From positions 42,286,001 to 42,350,000 of the forward strand of contig NC_087251.1 of NCBI RefSeq assembly GCF_037042905.1: a stretch of DNA of 64,000 nucleotides. Reading direction: 5' to 3'. The notes below the pieces were generated by a model, which was not told the DNA's origin, searched no databases, and saw only the letters and a list, made by a program, of their open reading frames with translations. Positions 34,501-64,000 of the stretch are shown one piece after another. A program made the position numbers and the translations under genes. Each line of letters starts with the position of its first letter. Position 1 is the first letter of the stretch. Source of the stretch: Lytechinus pictus. Taxonomy: Eukaryota.

Positions 34501-37256
34501 TTGTATGAGAAATAGCTTTCATGACTAACTTGATTCCCTAAATGATAGAAAGCCGTCTCCCTTTTTCCTATTTTTTTTCTTATTTTCTGGTTGCAAATGA
34601 GATATGGTCTTACTGAAGGAATAAGAGGATTGCATGTATTTTCTCTTTGTTATTCATCAGAAATTAGAAAGTCCCGAATGATTTGCAATTTTCATTACTT
34701 GCATTTTGAAGAGACATACTGTAGGCCTTCAAGAATATCATAGATGTTAAAACCTTTATTTTTTTCAAAATTAAGAAACCATTTTAGGACACCTGAGAAA
34801 AAACTGTACACATATTTTAGAATGATGACATCTATGACAATAGGGGCCACCTCATATTATCTGAAACGTTCTCCTCCAATGTAATTTACAGTAGACAACT
34901 ATTTGTAGGTGAAAGAAGGTTGCCTATTACATCATAAATCTAAAAATAAGAGTTTTTCGCCTGGCTGTCCTCAAAATATGAAAATAAAATGTACATTGTG
35001 TATTGATTGTTTTGCAGTGATAGAGTAGAGCAAGAATCAAAGTCCAGGGCACAGGACTCAGACGATGGTGAGTATTGAAAATATCATCTTTTTTGGCTGA
35101 ATAGTGATGTATAATGTATTAGAGTTGAGCTACATGTAGAACTTAACTCCCATATTTGGATTTTTCCTGTGTAAGCACTAAATCGGGTATCATTTGTGAT
35201 GATAAAACAAACATAAATGGATAATGATGATCTATGATAACAATAATTAAATGGAGACAAACAGTAAAATACGAATATTGTGGATATGCAGAAAATGAAT
35301 TACTTAAAACCTCTGTAATATTACTGAAAAAAGTGCAGTTGATAATTCTTCAACAAGGTAATTAATTCCATGTAAGAATTTTAGTATTTCCAGTTCCAGA
35401 CGCTGAAAATTTATTCTTGAGAGTGGCATGGCCGATTAATCGCACGCTTTCCCTCAGCAAGAAATTTATCCTAGCACTCGATCAAGGTGTCTGAAATGAA
35501 TGGGTACCTGGCAGGATTAAACTCCTCCATGCTCAGAGCGCTGGAAGCGGCAGCTCAAGCTTAAGCTGGGGTAATGATAGTTGCTTTTTGTATCCTCAGG
35601 AAAAGGCGCTACATAGGGTTAGGGTTTTATTAATGTTATATGATGTTTAACTGGTGTGATTATGGGGGTAAATATCAAATATAAATTAGACTCCTAGAAG
35701 ATGATGAGAATCAATTATTTTATGCTGCGGTCAATTTTCAGACATGCCGGTCATCCCAGATCTTGATGACGTCCAGGAGGAGGATATGGCCACTCAGATA
35801 GCGGCCCCACCAAGTGTACCGGTCAACAGGGTTATCACCTATAGAGAGCTAGATAATGACCTCCTAAAACATTCACAGCTACTCACACTGGTTAGTAAGA
35901 TATATATAAATATTGAGGATCAAATTAATTAGATATTGATGCACCTCAAGGGGGAAGATGCCTTGGAGGCTTGAAACATGGAGTTTTTGATGAGTGTGGT
36001 CAATACATGCAAATAATTCAGTGTATGGGTCACAGCTGCTCCTAATAATTTAGGCTTCAAAGGATTCAGTAAAAAAAAATGCCTGCCATAAACACCGAGT
36101 CCAATGGGATAACCTGCCATTGATGTGTGGAGTATAGTGGCTTCATTTTTTTTTGTGATTGATTTTTTGGATTCATATGAATAATTCCCTGGATTGATTT
36201 AATGTTTACTGCTTATGTCAATTTGTGTCCAATAATAATAGAGCACACTCTTTTTTATCTGAAATTTAGAGGTTATCTTTAATATGACCTTGACCCTCTC
36301 AATGACAAATCCATTGGGTATACAAGTCAAAATATCATTTTAACTTACAGTTTGACTTGAATGACTACGTGCAAGAAAGCCTGAATGTTGGTTCTTGTGA
36401 TCTTGATGCTCTGATATTGACTTGAACTTCCAGGGCAATCTGCCATAAATTTGAGCTTTAAACTTCAAACTTCCCAACCCATCGATCCATCGCTCCTGTC
36501 CTGTATGACTACTGTGCAGATAGTGAAGCTGTACTGCTAGATAAGGCATTCCACCCACAACAAAACTTGATCCACCTGTTTAAGTTAGGTAGAGTGCGGT
36601 GGAGCCTGACAAGAGTGTATTCAATCTGAAATTCCCTGTGCATATAACAATAGGGGGTGTAGCATTGAGGGGAAGTTTAAATTCTTAACATACATAAACA
36701 ACACTTAAAAAAGGCATTCTTCTTAATGAGATACTGAGCTAAGGTAACAAAAGGAGGATTAGCACTTCATAGATATTTTGATGAAGGGACTATCTAATCG
36801 TCCTGCAACCAGTCATGCACATCTTATTCATAAATTTGAAATTAGGAACATACCACATTCTGGTTGGTGGAGGTTAAATTTATAAGGTGATTTTTTTTCT
36901 TCGAATTTACCCCCAAGTTTAAAGAATCCAGTAATATATTTATAAAAAAATTGTAATCAATTAATATCTTCAGATTTCTGATGTGATTGTTCTGTTTTTA
37001 TGGATGTGAATAGATGCAATTTTGTAAATTCATAGTAACATGGATATTTCTACTTTTTTTGTGTGATTGCCAGGACAATGAGATAGACCTGAAGCTGCTG
37101 AGTAAATCATTATCAGCTGAAAGTGAAGTGATGGAAGAAGATAAACCCTGGGATTGGGATCATCTCTTTACGGAGGTATCATCTGAACTGCAAACAGAGT
37201 GGGACCAGGCGCTCGCCTCACAGAAATCAGATACAAGTATTGTCAGCAAGTCATAA
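22493..37256 (+). CDS. IFT43: Intraflagellar transport protein 43 (IFT-A subunit), spliced: 22493-22528, 30316-30438, 32620-32702, 35018-35067, 35742-35890, 37074-37256
   Basis: Joined frame [20 protein letters not shown]...|...RRQMGWGDD...|...[48 protein letters not shown]...[24 protein letters not shown] matches IFT43 motifs; all introns GT-AG with compatible phases. Confidence 0.92.
23241..23611. mobile_element. MITE with ~105-bp terminal inverted repeats
   Basis: AAAGACAAAAATTGAAGAGCCCCG... at the left end and ...CGGGGCTCATCGATTTTTGTCTTT at the right end. Confidence 0.8.
23628..24098. mobile_element. MITE with GGCGCACGGCCAATAT TIRs, containing a ~45-bp inverted LINE 3'-tail fragment (~23897-23942)
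   Basis: Inverted ends; internal (GTT)nCGTTTTGGGCCTGTTTCACG is the reverse complement of the LINE tail at ~28312-28350. Confidence 0.75.
24607..25922. mobile_element. Non-autonomous hAT-type element
   Basis: Ends CAGCCATTCTCAA / TTGAGAATCCCTG; 8-bp TSD CTATAGAG (24599-24606 / 25923-25930). Confidence 0.85.
25944..28013. mobile_element. Non-autonomous hAT-type element with (GTTCG)n subterminal repeats
   Basis: Ends TAGTGCTG / CAGCACTA; 8-bp TSD CCTTCTAC (25936-25943 / 28014-28021). Confidence 0.88.
26344..26559. mobile_element. Foldback MITE, Mutator/MULE-like (216 bp, ~100-bp near-perfect arms)
   Basis: TAGTCTAGTTCTAGACG... / ...CGTCTAGAACTAGACTA; 9-bp TSD GTACCAGCT. Confidence 0.88.
28700..29833. 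mobile_element. Non-autonomous hAT-type element
   Basis: Ends CAGGGTAGGAATTA / TAATTCCGACCCTG; 8-bp TSD GTCATAAT. Confidence 0.85.
28935..29143. mobile_element. Small hAT-type MITE nested in the previous element
   Basis: Ends CAGTGGCGTACCTA / TAGGTACGCTAGTG; 8-bp TSD CACCAGAG. Confidence 0.82.
30316..30438 (+). CDS. IFT43: IFT43 exon 2
   Basis: cag|[14 protein letters not shown]...PQNQ|gtaaac. Confidence 0.85.
32620..32702 (+). CDS. IFT43: IFT43 exon 3
   Basis: cag|[27 protein letters not shown]|gtaagt. Confidence 0.85.
35018..35067 (+). CDS. IFT43: IFT43 exon 4
   Basis: cag|[16 protein letters not shown]|gtgagt; phase 2 to 1 links exons 3 and 5. Confidence 0.8.
35420..35632 (+). mobile_element. 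Degenerate SINE related to the copy at 51055
   Basis: Shares CAAGAAATTTATCC, GAATGGGTACC and GCAGCTCAAGCT blocks. Confidence 0.65.
35742..35890 (+). CDS. IFT43: IFT43 exon 5
   Basis: [14 protein letters not shown]...[21 protein letters not shown]. Confidence 0.93.
37074..37256 (+). CDS. IFT43: IFT43 last coding exon
   Basis: DNEIDLKLL...[14 protein letters not shown]...stop. Confidence 0.93.
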   Translation, partial: DNEIDLKLLSKSLSAESEVMEEDKPWDWDHLFTEVSSELQTEWDQALASQKSDTSIVSKS

Positions 37257-40200
37257 TCACTAACACAGCTCTCTGAATAGGGCTAGCTCCCCTCCCCCCT
37301 CAAACTGAGATTATCAAACATATTGGCCTACGCTTTCAACTTGGCTGATACATTTCATAATCATTTTTGGTATGCGCAGAACTGCAAACAGAATGGGACC
37401 TGGCACTCGCCTAACAGAAAACAGATACAAGTGTTGTCAGCATGTCATAATCACACCTTGAAAGAAATGGAGCTAGTACAGATGTTTTTTTTTAATGAAA
37501 AGAAATGCTTTAATGTATGATAAAAGGGCAGTACATATGCATCCCCTGAGATGCCGAAGCTGGGAATCGATCCTCGGGATTTCCAGGTGCCTTAGACCAC
37601 AGCAACTTCATCTGACGGTTGCAGCTATTTAATGTTCTACCTACACCAACTGCCCCCCCCCCCCTCTCTCAAATTCATATCAAAGATACAAGCCCCTTAC
37701 TATCAACTTGGCTTATACATTTCATAGTTATTTTGGGGGTCATTCTCCTGTCCTTGCTTTCAGGATAGTGGTTTGACTCAACCAATTAGAGAATGATGTT
37801 CAGGAGCCTGTGGCATAAAACTGAAGGATTGATCATATAGTTGGTCTGTTTGCTTGAGTGTACATAATGTTCATGGAAATCAAGCATACAAATCAGCCCT
37901 AGAATCGATCGATTAGCTTTGGATTGCAGGTCCCTGAGGCAACTACTGTGGTAATTAGGGCTCAGCAGCCAATCAAAATCAAGTTTTCCATGGTAGTTGC
38001 CATAACGGCACAGTTACTATGATTGCAAGTCTTTATGAAACGGGACCGAGAATTATTCTTTCTGCCAAACTTTACATTTCATTGCTACAACTTTTATCAT
38101 ATCGATTTAACATGCAGTAAGTTTTTCCCTTTTCATGGTGTTTTTTTTTTTTTCATGGGGTGCAAGTTCGATTCAAATTTTTTTTGTGTGTCTTCGTAAT
38201 TTTTTCAGGAACAATCATAAAATTGCAGTTGATATAAGATTGAGGCTATTATAAATCATATTTTGAGATCTATGCAGGAAATATCATTGCACTTGCTTCA
38301 CCCCAGTCAGACAATTTACCCATATTTCGGATTGCTATTGTAATTGAAATCGCCTTGTTCATTGATGATCGATAAACTTTCACTCGTGCTGAGTTTCGTC
38401 TCGTTTACTTTTTGAAAGATTCAAAGAAACAGATTATCATTAATCTGGAAGAAAACTTTGAACATTCCTCTTTATTTGAAGATGACATTATGTTCATTCT
38501 TGATTCCACTATCGTGCGATCCTTCATGAATGCCACGATTGACCTTTTGTAACTGATAGCAAAAATTGTTGAACTGTTCAACAATTTTTTTTAAATGATA
38601 TGATCTTATACTATCTGATAGGATTCACTACAATTACTCCATGATTAAGATCAATGTTTAAATTGTGGCACAAATCGTGACAGTAGAAACTAGGTATTGG
38701 CAAAATGTTGAGGGATATCCATAATTTAACAGAACTGGGGTGTTGAAGATATTTATACGATAGTCATGACTTGCACAACTGGTCGCTGGTCATCCCAGTG
38801 CATTTTTGGCAAACTATGATGATGGTTACAAGATCCAGACCCACTTCTTTTTAAGACCACATATTATTTTTTTTTTGGTGAACTTGGACTAAAAGAAATC
38901 ATACATCTAGAAATTTGCTAACTTTTTTCTTTTTTTATGTGGTAGTTTGTTTTATTGTTTGACAATTGAACCCCTAAAACCAATTATTTATAAAATATAA
39001 AGAAACAACTATGAATTGAATTTTCTATTTGTGATCTTAGAATGAAGAGAGAAGAAACGGACTTAATTTGTAAGTCCGTTTGATGTAAATATTGTATGTT
39101 CTATTTCAAGCTTTGTATATATAGATCTGTATATGTATTCAGATTTTCCATATTTAATGTACAATTGTGTGAAATAAGAGAAATATATTGAGTAACCCAC
39201 AACATTTAAGTACTTTGTGTTTTCCTTTTCTCTAGTTGCAATTTTCTGAGTGACAAAACATGATTTTTCTTCCATTTAGACATTTCTACCACTGATTATA
39301 TAGACAGTTCCCTTTCTCTTTCTATTTCTCTCCCTTTATTGTGTTTCTCACTGGCATTCAATGAGATTTTGGGTTGTGATTACATGATTGTACATATAAA
39401 AAGATTAATTACTCTTGTTTTTCAATTTACTTATAAAGTTATTCATTTATCTTTTGCAGAGGAAAATAATCAATCCTTAAAAATTAAAGGAATCGTACAG
39501 ATCTATTGCATAATCTGGAAAAAAAGAAAAATCGAATTTTAGTGTATACGAATGCATGTAATCACAACTCTGCTCACACAGTACAGCATATTTTTGAAGC
39601 CTGCTAATTTGAGAATTTCTGAAGCAAGATATTCATCTTGCAAACAGTGAACATGCAGAAAACTTCATTGTTTCCTAACTTATTGGCTTTCGATAGTTGA
39701 GAATCCTCTTTTTTTACAGATCGATTTCACATAATAACACAATGACTTTTTTTTTTATATCACTCTTCGCCGCATTTTTTTCTCCCTTGCCTTCACCCCT
39801 TCTCTCTCTTTCCATTCAAACCATGCTGTACAAGCAACATAAACAACACAAAACCAATAGTTTGAAAGGCATGAGGCAACCAGATTTATTTGGTGCTTCT
39901 CTACACAATGAGTTCAACGACACCTGGTCGCCCACATTTTTGAATATTTTTTATGTTTTTTGTCATCAAATGATGTGTATAATACAATGGGAGTGAATCT
40001 GATCTTTTTTTCAGGTAGTATTACTATCACAATCTACAAATTAAAATAAAAAAAGAAAGATACTGAAATAACATGAAAAAAAAAAAAAAAAAATGAATGA
40101 ATGGCCCATAAATAGTAACTATATTGCATATTGATCATAAACTTAGCCCAAGAAATAGAGCCTTCTACAACACCATTTACAAATTTCTTTGTACAACAGA

Positions 40201-40934
40201 GGGGGAAAAAGAGTACACATTTGGTATCTAAGAGCATTTCAGTTGTAAATGCAAATTAAATTCAAGAAGATATAAATCGCACATCTCTCAAATGTTAATT
40301 TTCATGAAGGAGTGAGGAATATGCAAGGTTCTTTACACCTTTCCTGCTAATTGCAAGTGCATGTCCATCATTGTATTGTTAAAAGCCGTAAAAAATGAAT
40401 ACTACATATCATGAAAAAACAAACTATCAACAAAAGACAACACAAGGAAGCAGATCCAAACTTATCTTTAAAAAAAATGTAAAAATATGAATTAAAACGG
40501 GTTTTCTTCCACAATGGGTCATGTTCATCAGGGTGTAATTAACAAAAGAAAATTAAAATCATTCTTCCAAAGAGAAACAAAAATATTATTGCTGGAATTA
40601 TTTTGGAAAAAAATCACACCAGACAGAAGAAGGGGTTTAGTGAAGTAAAGTGATTAATTAATATCTGTGTCATTTCTTACAGTATTTATCGTAAGATCTT
40701 TCCCTGTACCATAATAGGATGTTGCCATCAAATCTTAAGTTCATGTCATCATTTCATAGAGAGTAAATTCATGAAAACTTCAATTCCTTATTGCATGTAA
40801 ACATGCATAGGGGTACCAATAGGCAAAATGAAATGAAATAAGAAAACTATAATGTCTCCCAGATAATTGTGCCCACTGCATGCGCCCGGCACAGTGGGCA
40901 AAATTGTAATACATGTAATTAAGAAGTTATTATA

Positions 40935-41472
40935 GGACAAATCCACCCCAAAAATTGATTTGAATAAAAGGAGAAAATCCAACAAGCATAACACTGAAAA
41001 TGTCATCAAAATTAGATGTAAAATAAGAAAGTTGTGACAAGTTTCACTAAATTTTGCAAAACGGTTCTATGCACATCCTGGTCGGCATGCAAATGAGGGG
41101 ACTGATGACGTCACCCACTCACCGTTTCTTTTGTATTTCATTATATGAAATATTTGAATTATCTTCTCATTGTAGTGTTAAAACAAATAATTATTCCTTC
41201 CTAAACATGTGGAATTACCATTGTAGTTCAGTCATGTTGGTCGTTGTAGTCGAATCTGTAAAAATTGAAATATTGTCTAATTTAAACAGTAATACCAAAA
41301 ATAGTGAGGGACCTCATCGACTGTTGCATATCACTGAATTGTGCTTACAACTGTTTTGTGAAAAATAAGCAAAACTTCGAAATGTAATGAATTTCCTATA
41401 TTAGCGTTGTGCTCGTTTGATTGATCGCGATTCAGATCAAATCAACAGTTTTCTGGGGTGGACTTCACCCTT
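40935..41472. mobile_element. Degenerate TIR MITE, Kolobok/T2-like
   Basis: TCCACCCCA...TGGGGTGGA inverted ends and a GAAAGTT motif shared with the elements at 55448 and 59876. Confidence 0.55.
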
Positions 41473-42751
41473 CGGAAGTAATTACATTCATCTGGACTTC
41501 AAGAAAATTTTCAGCACGGACAATATCCTCGGCAGACAATTAGAGTGAAAACCTAGGTTTTGATCGGCCGAGGTGCACTGGGCCCAGAGACATAAAGCTC
41601 AGGGATCAATCATGGGGCCGATTTCTATGATTGCTTGCATTGATTACTGCATTTGATCAATCGCAAAAATCAATCACTGTGCCTTATGCTTATCGGTGCA
41701 GGCCGATTCCTGAACCTATAGCCTGGTTATATGATGAGTTGTTTGGTTCAGCTCATGAGAATAAAATAATTTACTATTAGAATCATATTTACTCGGAGAA
41801 CAGAGACAGTGTTTAAGCTAATTACAGTACAAGACCATTGTGGTGACTGCAGGCAGTGCATTGTAATGTCATCAAGGAGTGTATGCTTATTATTAGCTGT
41901 CGTGTCAGTGTAAATCATATACAAAATATTTCATTTTTTATTTAAAAAAAAAATACAAAAAAAGACCATCTCAAATAACAATTCCAACACCAACACTAAA
42001 ACCAACCAACCAATCTACTGACAATATTCAACTATAAAAAAAAAATACATTTCATGAATGTTAACAAAAGATTTCAATTCATGTCAAGATAAACTGTCAA
42101 CAAGGCTTTTTTTTACACCGTTTTCACAATACATAAAAAAAAATGGGTTCGAAATAGTTGTAACAATAAAAAAGAACACAGAATAACAGACTCAATAATC
42201 TCTTGACGGTGAACATAACAAATAAAATGAACTGTACAAATTACTCATTCTCTTCTCTCCCCCATGGAATGCCACTATGTGCTGCCACCTTCTAAAATTA
42301 GCACCATAACAAATAGTTTCCACTATTCAAATAATAATAAATAACGATGGTAACAACAGAAGAAAAACAGCTACAAATCACAATCCTATCATTTTCACAC
42401 TCTTCATGACTAATATATTAATAGAATATACGATGTGATCCGCTATCCTACCTGAAAAATGCCATGGGATTTGGCTGGGAAGCAGGCCCTAATCATCAAA
42501 ATGCTTTATTTTCACCGTAAGTACAGGCATTAATAAATTTGACAGCTTCGGCAAAATTGGTCTTCATTATTCATTCATGATTATTTTTACTTCAATTATA
42601 AAGCAATATTAGTGTATTCAATCTTATTCTTCTCCTGACACACTTTTAAATGTTAATGAGAATTCTCAACTATATTTGTATAACTCTTTGTTTTCGGTTG
42701 CTCAAATGATTCGAGAAAAGAAAAATAAAGTTGTCATACATTTTCCACTTA

Positions 42752-42900
42752 CAATAACAGCCAAGGAAACTCCAGTTCATTTGCGTTATTCCTTAAACTT
42801 GTCAAAAATAAATCACGAGTAATAAAACAACAGCCACGGAAACCCCAGTTCATTTGCTTTATTCCTTAAACTTGTAACAAATAAATCATGAGTAATGAAA
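42752..42900. repeat. Two-copy ~75-bp tandem duplication
   Basis: AACAGCCA.GGAAAC.CCAGTTCATTTGC.TTATTCCTTAAACTTGT...GAGTAAT occurs twice. Confidence 0.85.
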
Positions 42901-44168
42901 ATGAAGGTCATAAAAATTGTAGGGACATGAAAGAAAAGGATTGAGCTATACTCTAAAATACATGAAATACTAATAACCTGAGCTGGGGATCTGACAAAAA
43001 TTGGCATTGGTCAGAGAATAATTTATCGAGTGTCTGGTCTGTGTAAAACAAGACACTAGGAATACTTGATAACTCCAATTTTTCCATAGAGTTGTATTAA
43101 TTGCAATAAGCTAAACAAGAATATACAAATTACACTTAGCAAAAATATTTAGAAATCATTAAATCAGTCAGCTCAAGCAATGAGGCAAACCTTAACTAAA
43201 AACACCATCAGCTTTTGAGTTGAATAAGGGGAATTCTGCAGATCGTTTAGCTTAAACAAACAAAAAAACTCAATAATATAGTTTTGCAGCAATATTTCTT
43301 GAAGGACAGCAATGGGAATTCAATCTGATTATCATACAATGTATCAATATCTTAATAATGATAATAACAAGCATTTATGACCCACCACCTATGCCTATTC
43401 AAAGGCGCACTATATGTTACCCCGGCTTTTGAATTAGCATACAGCACTACAAGTATTCAGAAATGTGTATCAGTCTTATTCAAGTTTTGAACCCGTATGA
43501 AATAAGGTCAATCAGGGCCCCGTCTTACAAAGAGTTGCAATTGATCCAATCAATCACAACTATGGAAAGCCAGGAATGTCAACATCTGAAAATGCATGTT
43601 TTTTCAAAATATTTTCTAATTATGATGTATTCAAACATCCATGGTTTTCTTGAAAATTCAGTGTGCTTCTTTTTTGTTTACAAAGGACATTTTTTAAATT
43701 TCTTGTAGAAAATATTATGACAATACTGGATTTCCATAGAATTACGATTGATCGGATCAATCGTAACTCTTTGTAAGACGGATCTCTAGTCCTGATATCA
43801 TTATCATCATGAGATGAAAATCTATCCTCTGACTGGAATGTCGCCCTTTTTTCATGTAAAAGAATCGTGTTCATTTACTAATGTTTTACTAATGATTCAC
43901 TGATAATGGTGATCAATAAATTTGGGAAAGTGTTACAGCCAGGGGAGTCAAGATGAACATTTGCTGTGATTTTCATCGACAGATTTGCAATCGGCCAATC
44001 ACATGCCAGGATTTCAATGGCTTATAACCAGTGTCAGGAGAGATCACTGATAAAAATAACACAAAACACCCCGCCCATTTGAATGTGTTACTATTAAAAC
44101 AAAGAGGCAGCTAAACTTTGTCTTCTCAATGTTATATTGACCTGACATTACTTTAACCATGGACCTAT

Positions 44169-44438
44169 CAGGGGCGGATCCAGCTTTTTATAAAGGGGGG
44201 GGTTGGGGTGGTATGCGAGGGAGCGTAGCGACCGAGTCCAAGCGAGCGGAGCGAGCGAGGGGGGAGGGTGTGGGAGGGGGGTGTCCCCCCTCCCACAGTA
44301 GGGAAAATTTTTGAAAATCTGTGTGTGAAAATGGCGTTTTCTTGCATCTAAAAAAGATAAGATTTTAAAAAATGGTCCCCGGATTTTTTTTTTGGGGGGG
44401 TTGCAACCCCCCCAACCCCCCCTCTAGATCCGCTTCTG
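44169..44438. mobile_element. GC-rich MITE
   Basis: Ends CAGGGGCGGATC / GATCCGCTTCTG, flanked by CCTAT on both sides. Confidence 0.7.
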
Positions 44439-47396
44439 CCTATTACGAATGGACATTCAACGAATCCCCTCCTTTGACCCAAAGACCGTCGCCGCTAATC
44501 CTTTTATAAACAGAGCGCTGGCAGCTGACACCCATCAAGCCGGTCGTAAAACACGCTCTCACTGATGGACAGCGGAAATCAATTGTACGCTGCTCCTACC
44601 CATTGCGATGTTGTTCGTTCACTTTATCAAAAGCAACGCGCAGCAGCGAACGTTAGCGCTATGAAAATGATAGCAGAAACAAGAAAACAGGCGTGCATAA
44701 ACATATTTTTTACGTACATCGCTAACAACCGGAAATGAAATGCATTGACATCACCTTGCAGATCCGTATATCTACGGCAAAAAAAGCAGTTGAAATTTGA
44801 CGAAAAAATCTGCGGAAAAACATTAAAATTTCATCTTTTTCGGACAGTACTGATGTCGATAGTAGCGCTTACCTTCGGTCAGAAGTTGATTTTCATTTGG
44901 GCATAAAATTCCACAGGATTGATGAAATTTAACAGGATTTTTTTTGATGGACAGACGACAATCGCACATTATAGACAGCCTAAAATAATGTACTGAAAAA
45001 CCGGATATGAATTGCGCATTGCATTCTAGGTAATGTAGGGACTTTCCCTATTGGCAATCGGGGCTACAACATGACCGTCTTCGGTCGAAAGAGGGCCAGT
45101 GATCGATCGGTGACGATCATCGGCCGAAAGGAGCTTGTGTAAACAATCGCCCCGGGCGGTCGTCGTAAAAACCGCGTAAAGAGAAAGTTAAAGGTTAGAC
45201 AGCAATTTTGACAGCTGGAAACAGGTGGTGGTCATAAAATGCTCTCGTTGAATGTCCATTCGTAATAGGTCCATGCTTTAACCTCCCACCCAAAGCAATC
45301 TAATTTTTTTTCAAAACTTTTTGGAAGACTCTTAAGTTGACTGAATGAATTTGGAGTCACGTGAAAGAGCAGGTTAGGCTGTATGATGCACTGAAACACT
45401 ACTTTTCTTCCTTTAGAATAACTGAATCTGTAGTCTGTAGAAAACAAACACATTCATTTGCAGATAGAAGAATAAGACCAACATCAGATCTGATAGTAAG
45501 CCTAATAGTGTATGCTTTGCTGACTGTAACCATCGATATATAAAAACTGAATAGGGCTAGTTGTATGCTGTTGCACACATGACCTTGAAGCTACTAGAAA
45601 ATTACTCCACGACACAACAGTATATGGGGCCACACAAACATGCATGCTTTGCTGACTGTGACAGGCCAGAGAAAGATGCATCATATTCAATATATCCAGT
45701 CTCATGCCACTGGAAAAAAGTATCCTTGAAATACCAAATGTACTCCGCTTTCATGTGAATAACTCTTCACACGGGGGAACAAGGTCCAAGAATTCGTAAT
45801 TAACGTATTCCCCTAAAAAGCGTATACTGAAGTATCTCAAGAAAATCAGCATAATGGTAGATAATGAGGGCCTTTCTGCATTTTTTTTTTAAATCAAGTT
45901 TTACAGGGTGTTGGTCAATTACCAACCCTTTTCTGTGGTTTCATGATTGTGATTTTGGCAGTTCTAAACTCTGCAGCATAAATATGGATAAATATATATT
46001 AATAGAAATATAGAATCTTGACTTTGAAATAGCATTTTATCCTTTGTCATCGTATTCCGTTCGCTTTAACAAGAGAATACACATTTGGACGATGATACTC
46101 CTCCAATGGCGCTTAAATACATACTTGCAAATAAAGCAACAAAAAGGAAATGTTTAAAAGCCTTGCTTCGAACACGATATTAGTAGTCCAACCCCATGAC
46201 AAAACTGTTAATGTTCTATTATAGTCTAAATGTCTAAATGGCAAATGAATGCATCATGCAAATATATGTAAAGATTCATTTAACAAATATTTCTACATTG
46301 AGAAAATGAAGAAATAACATAATCTGCAGGATAATTACTTCTGCTTTACTCCATCCATAAATCGACTCGGAGTAAGTATTTCACATCAAAATGAGACAAT
46401 TGTGTATAAGAGATTAAACTCCTTTTAACAAGCACGAACTATACTCAACATAAACCATGGGTGCACACTTTCTATTCACTACTCAATGACACTTGACAAA
46501 TTCAGACAAAACATCGTAGGCACCTCTGTGTCTTTTCTTTTTAAGCCATTCTTTTCTTTGATCACATTTAACCACCTAATAAACATTAACATGAGTTGCA
46601 TGAAATCTACTAGTGTAACTGTACCACATACTTGGTGCAGTCGATTTTGGGTCCCTTGACTAAGACCCAAAGAATACATCTAATAATTAACCTGTCGTGG
46701 ATAATAAGGTCATGTGAGGAAACCTTATCTGCATCATTCATTCTCAGGTCAGAGGTCACATCCAGATTGCATACTGTGAATGGATCCATATGTCTCTGGG
46801 CACTTTATCAAAAGAGGCCCTCTCCCCTCAACGTAACCTTCCTGTCATCATAACAAATTGTCCATGTGCTCATTTGAACATAACTGGCTTATGTAAAATA
46901 ATACACAGAATTATGGTAACCAAAGGTCGATTGAGCTCCTTCAGATCGTGCTGATCAAGTGACTGACAGATAATCTTCACGATGGCCGTTTGACAGATCA
47001 CAATGCATCCATATCCACATGGCAGTTTCATCCGCCCTTCAGGCAAGTTTTAATGATGAATTTTCAAACTCTACTCTCAAATAAGGTACCTCTCCTTCCC
47101 GGCTATTTGCTTCGCTCAGACGAGGAAATCTTCTCCAACTACATTGCATCGATCCAAGTGATCCGGTGCGGGCAACAACACCGATGCCTGGCTACATTCC
47201 GCTATGCACTCCGCGTTTTCCCTCCACGGTCAATTTACAAACAAAACTTTGGCATGGAACAAACACAGGAAACCAACGTCCAGTTAATCAACGTTTATCC
47301 TGGAAGAGTTCAGGGTTTCCAAGCACATCTCTCCTCCGAAACGAGTTCTCAGTTTGGTCTTGATTAAGTCATTTGTTCAGTTGTGCATAGGTCTTG

Positions 47397-64000
<16,604 letters not shown>

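Noticed and set aside
46990..47367. 125-aa plus-strand ORF
   Set aside because: Antisense to the FBXO11 3' UTR, non-ATG start, no motif

Overview
Eukaryotic, AT-rich and intron-rich animal DNA. The repeat landscape looks echinoderm/sea-urchin-like, which is an inference only. (1) 1-13570, minus strand: an apparently intact Ty3/Gypsy LTR retrotransposon. It has a 429-bp 5' LTR (13142-13570), a tRNA-Ser PBS and a 2.3-kb leader with two hairpin tandem arrays; the 3' LTR lies outside the window. Its cargo is unusual: Gag starts with a helix-hairpin-helix motif, the integrase ends in an H3K4me3-reader-type PHD finger, and a 1245-aa third ORF in the env position ends in a TatD nuclease with all expected metal-binding motifs. 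Its structured 3' region holds an inverted 45-bp piece of a related gag. This element is the best candidate for an undescribed system. (2) 22493-37256, plus strand: IFT43 (6 core coding exons). Its first intron holds a reconstructable nest of a LINE, hAT elements and a MULE-type MITE. (3) 47397 to beyond 64000, minus strand: the last 12 exons of FBXO11, convergent with IFT43. The rest is MITEs, tRNA-derived SINEs, LINE fragments and simple repeats. All calls are by eye; no database searches were run.
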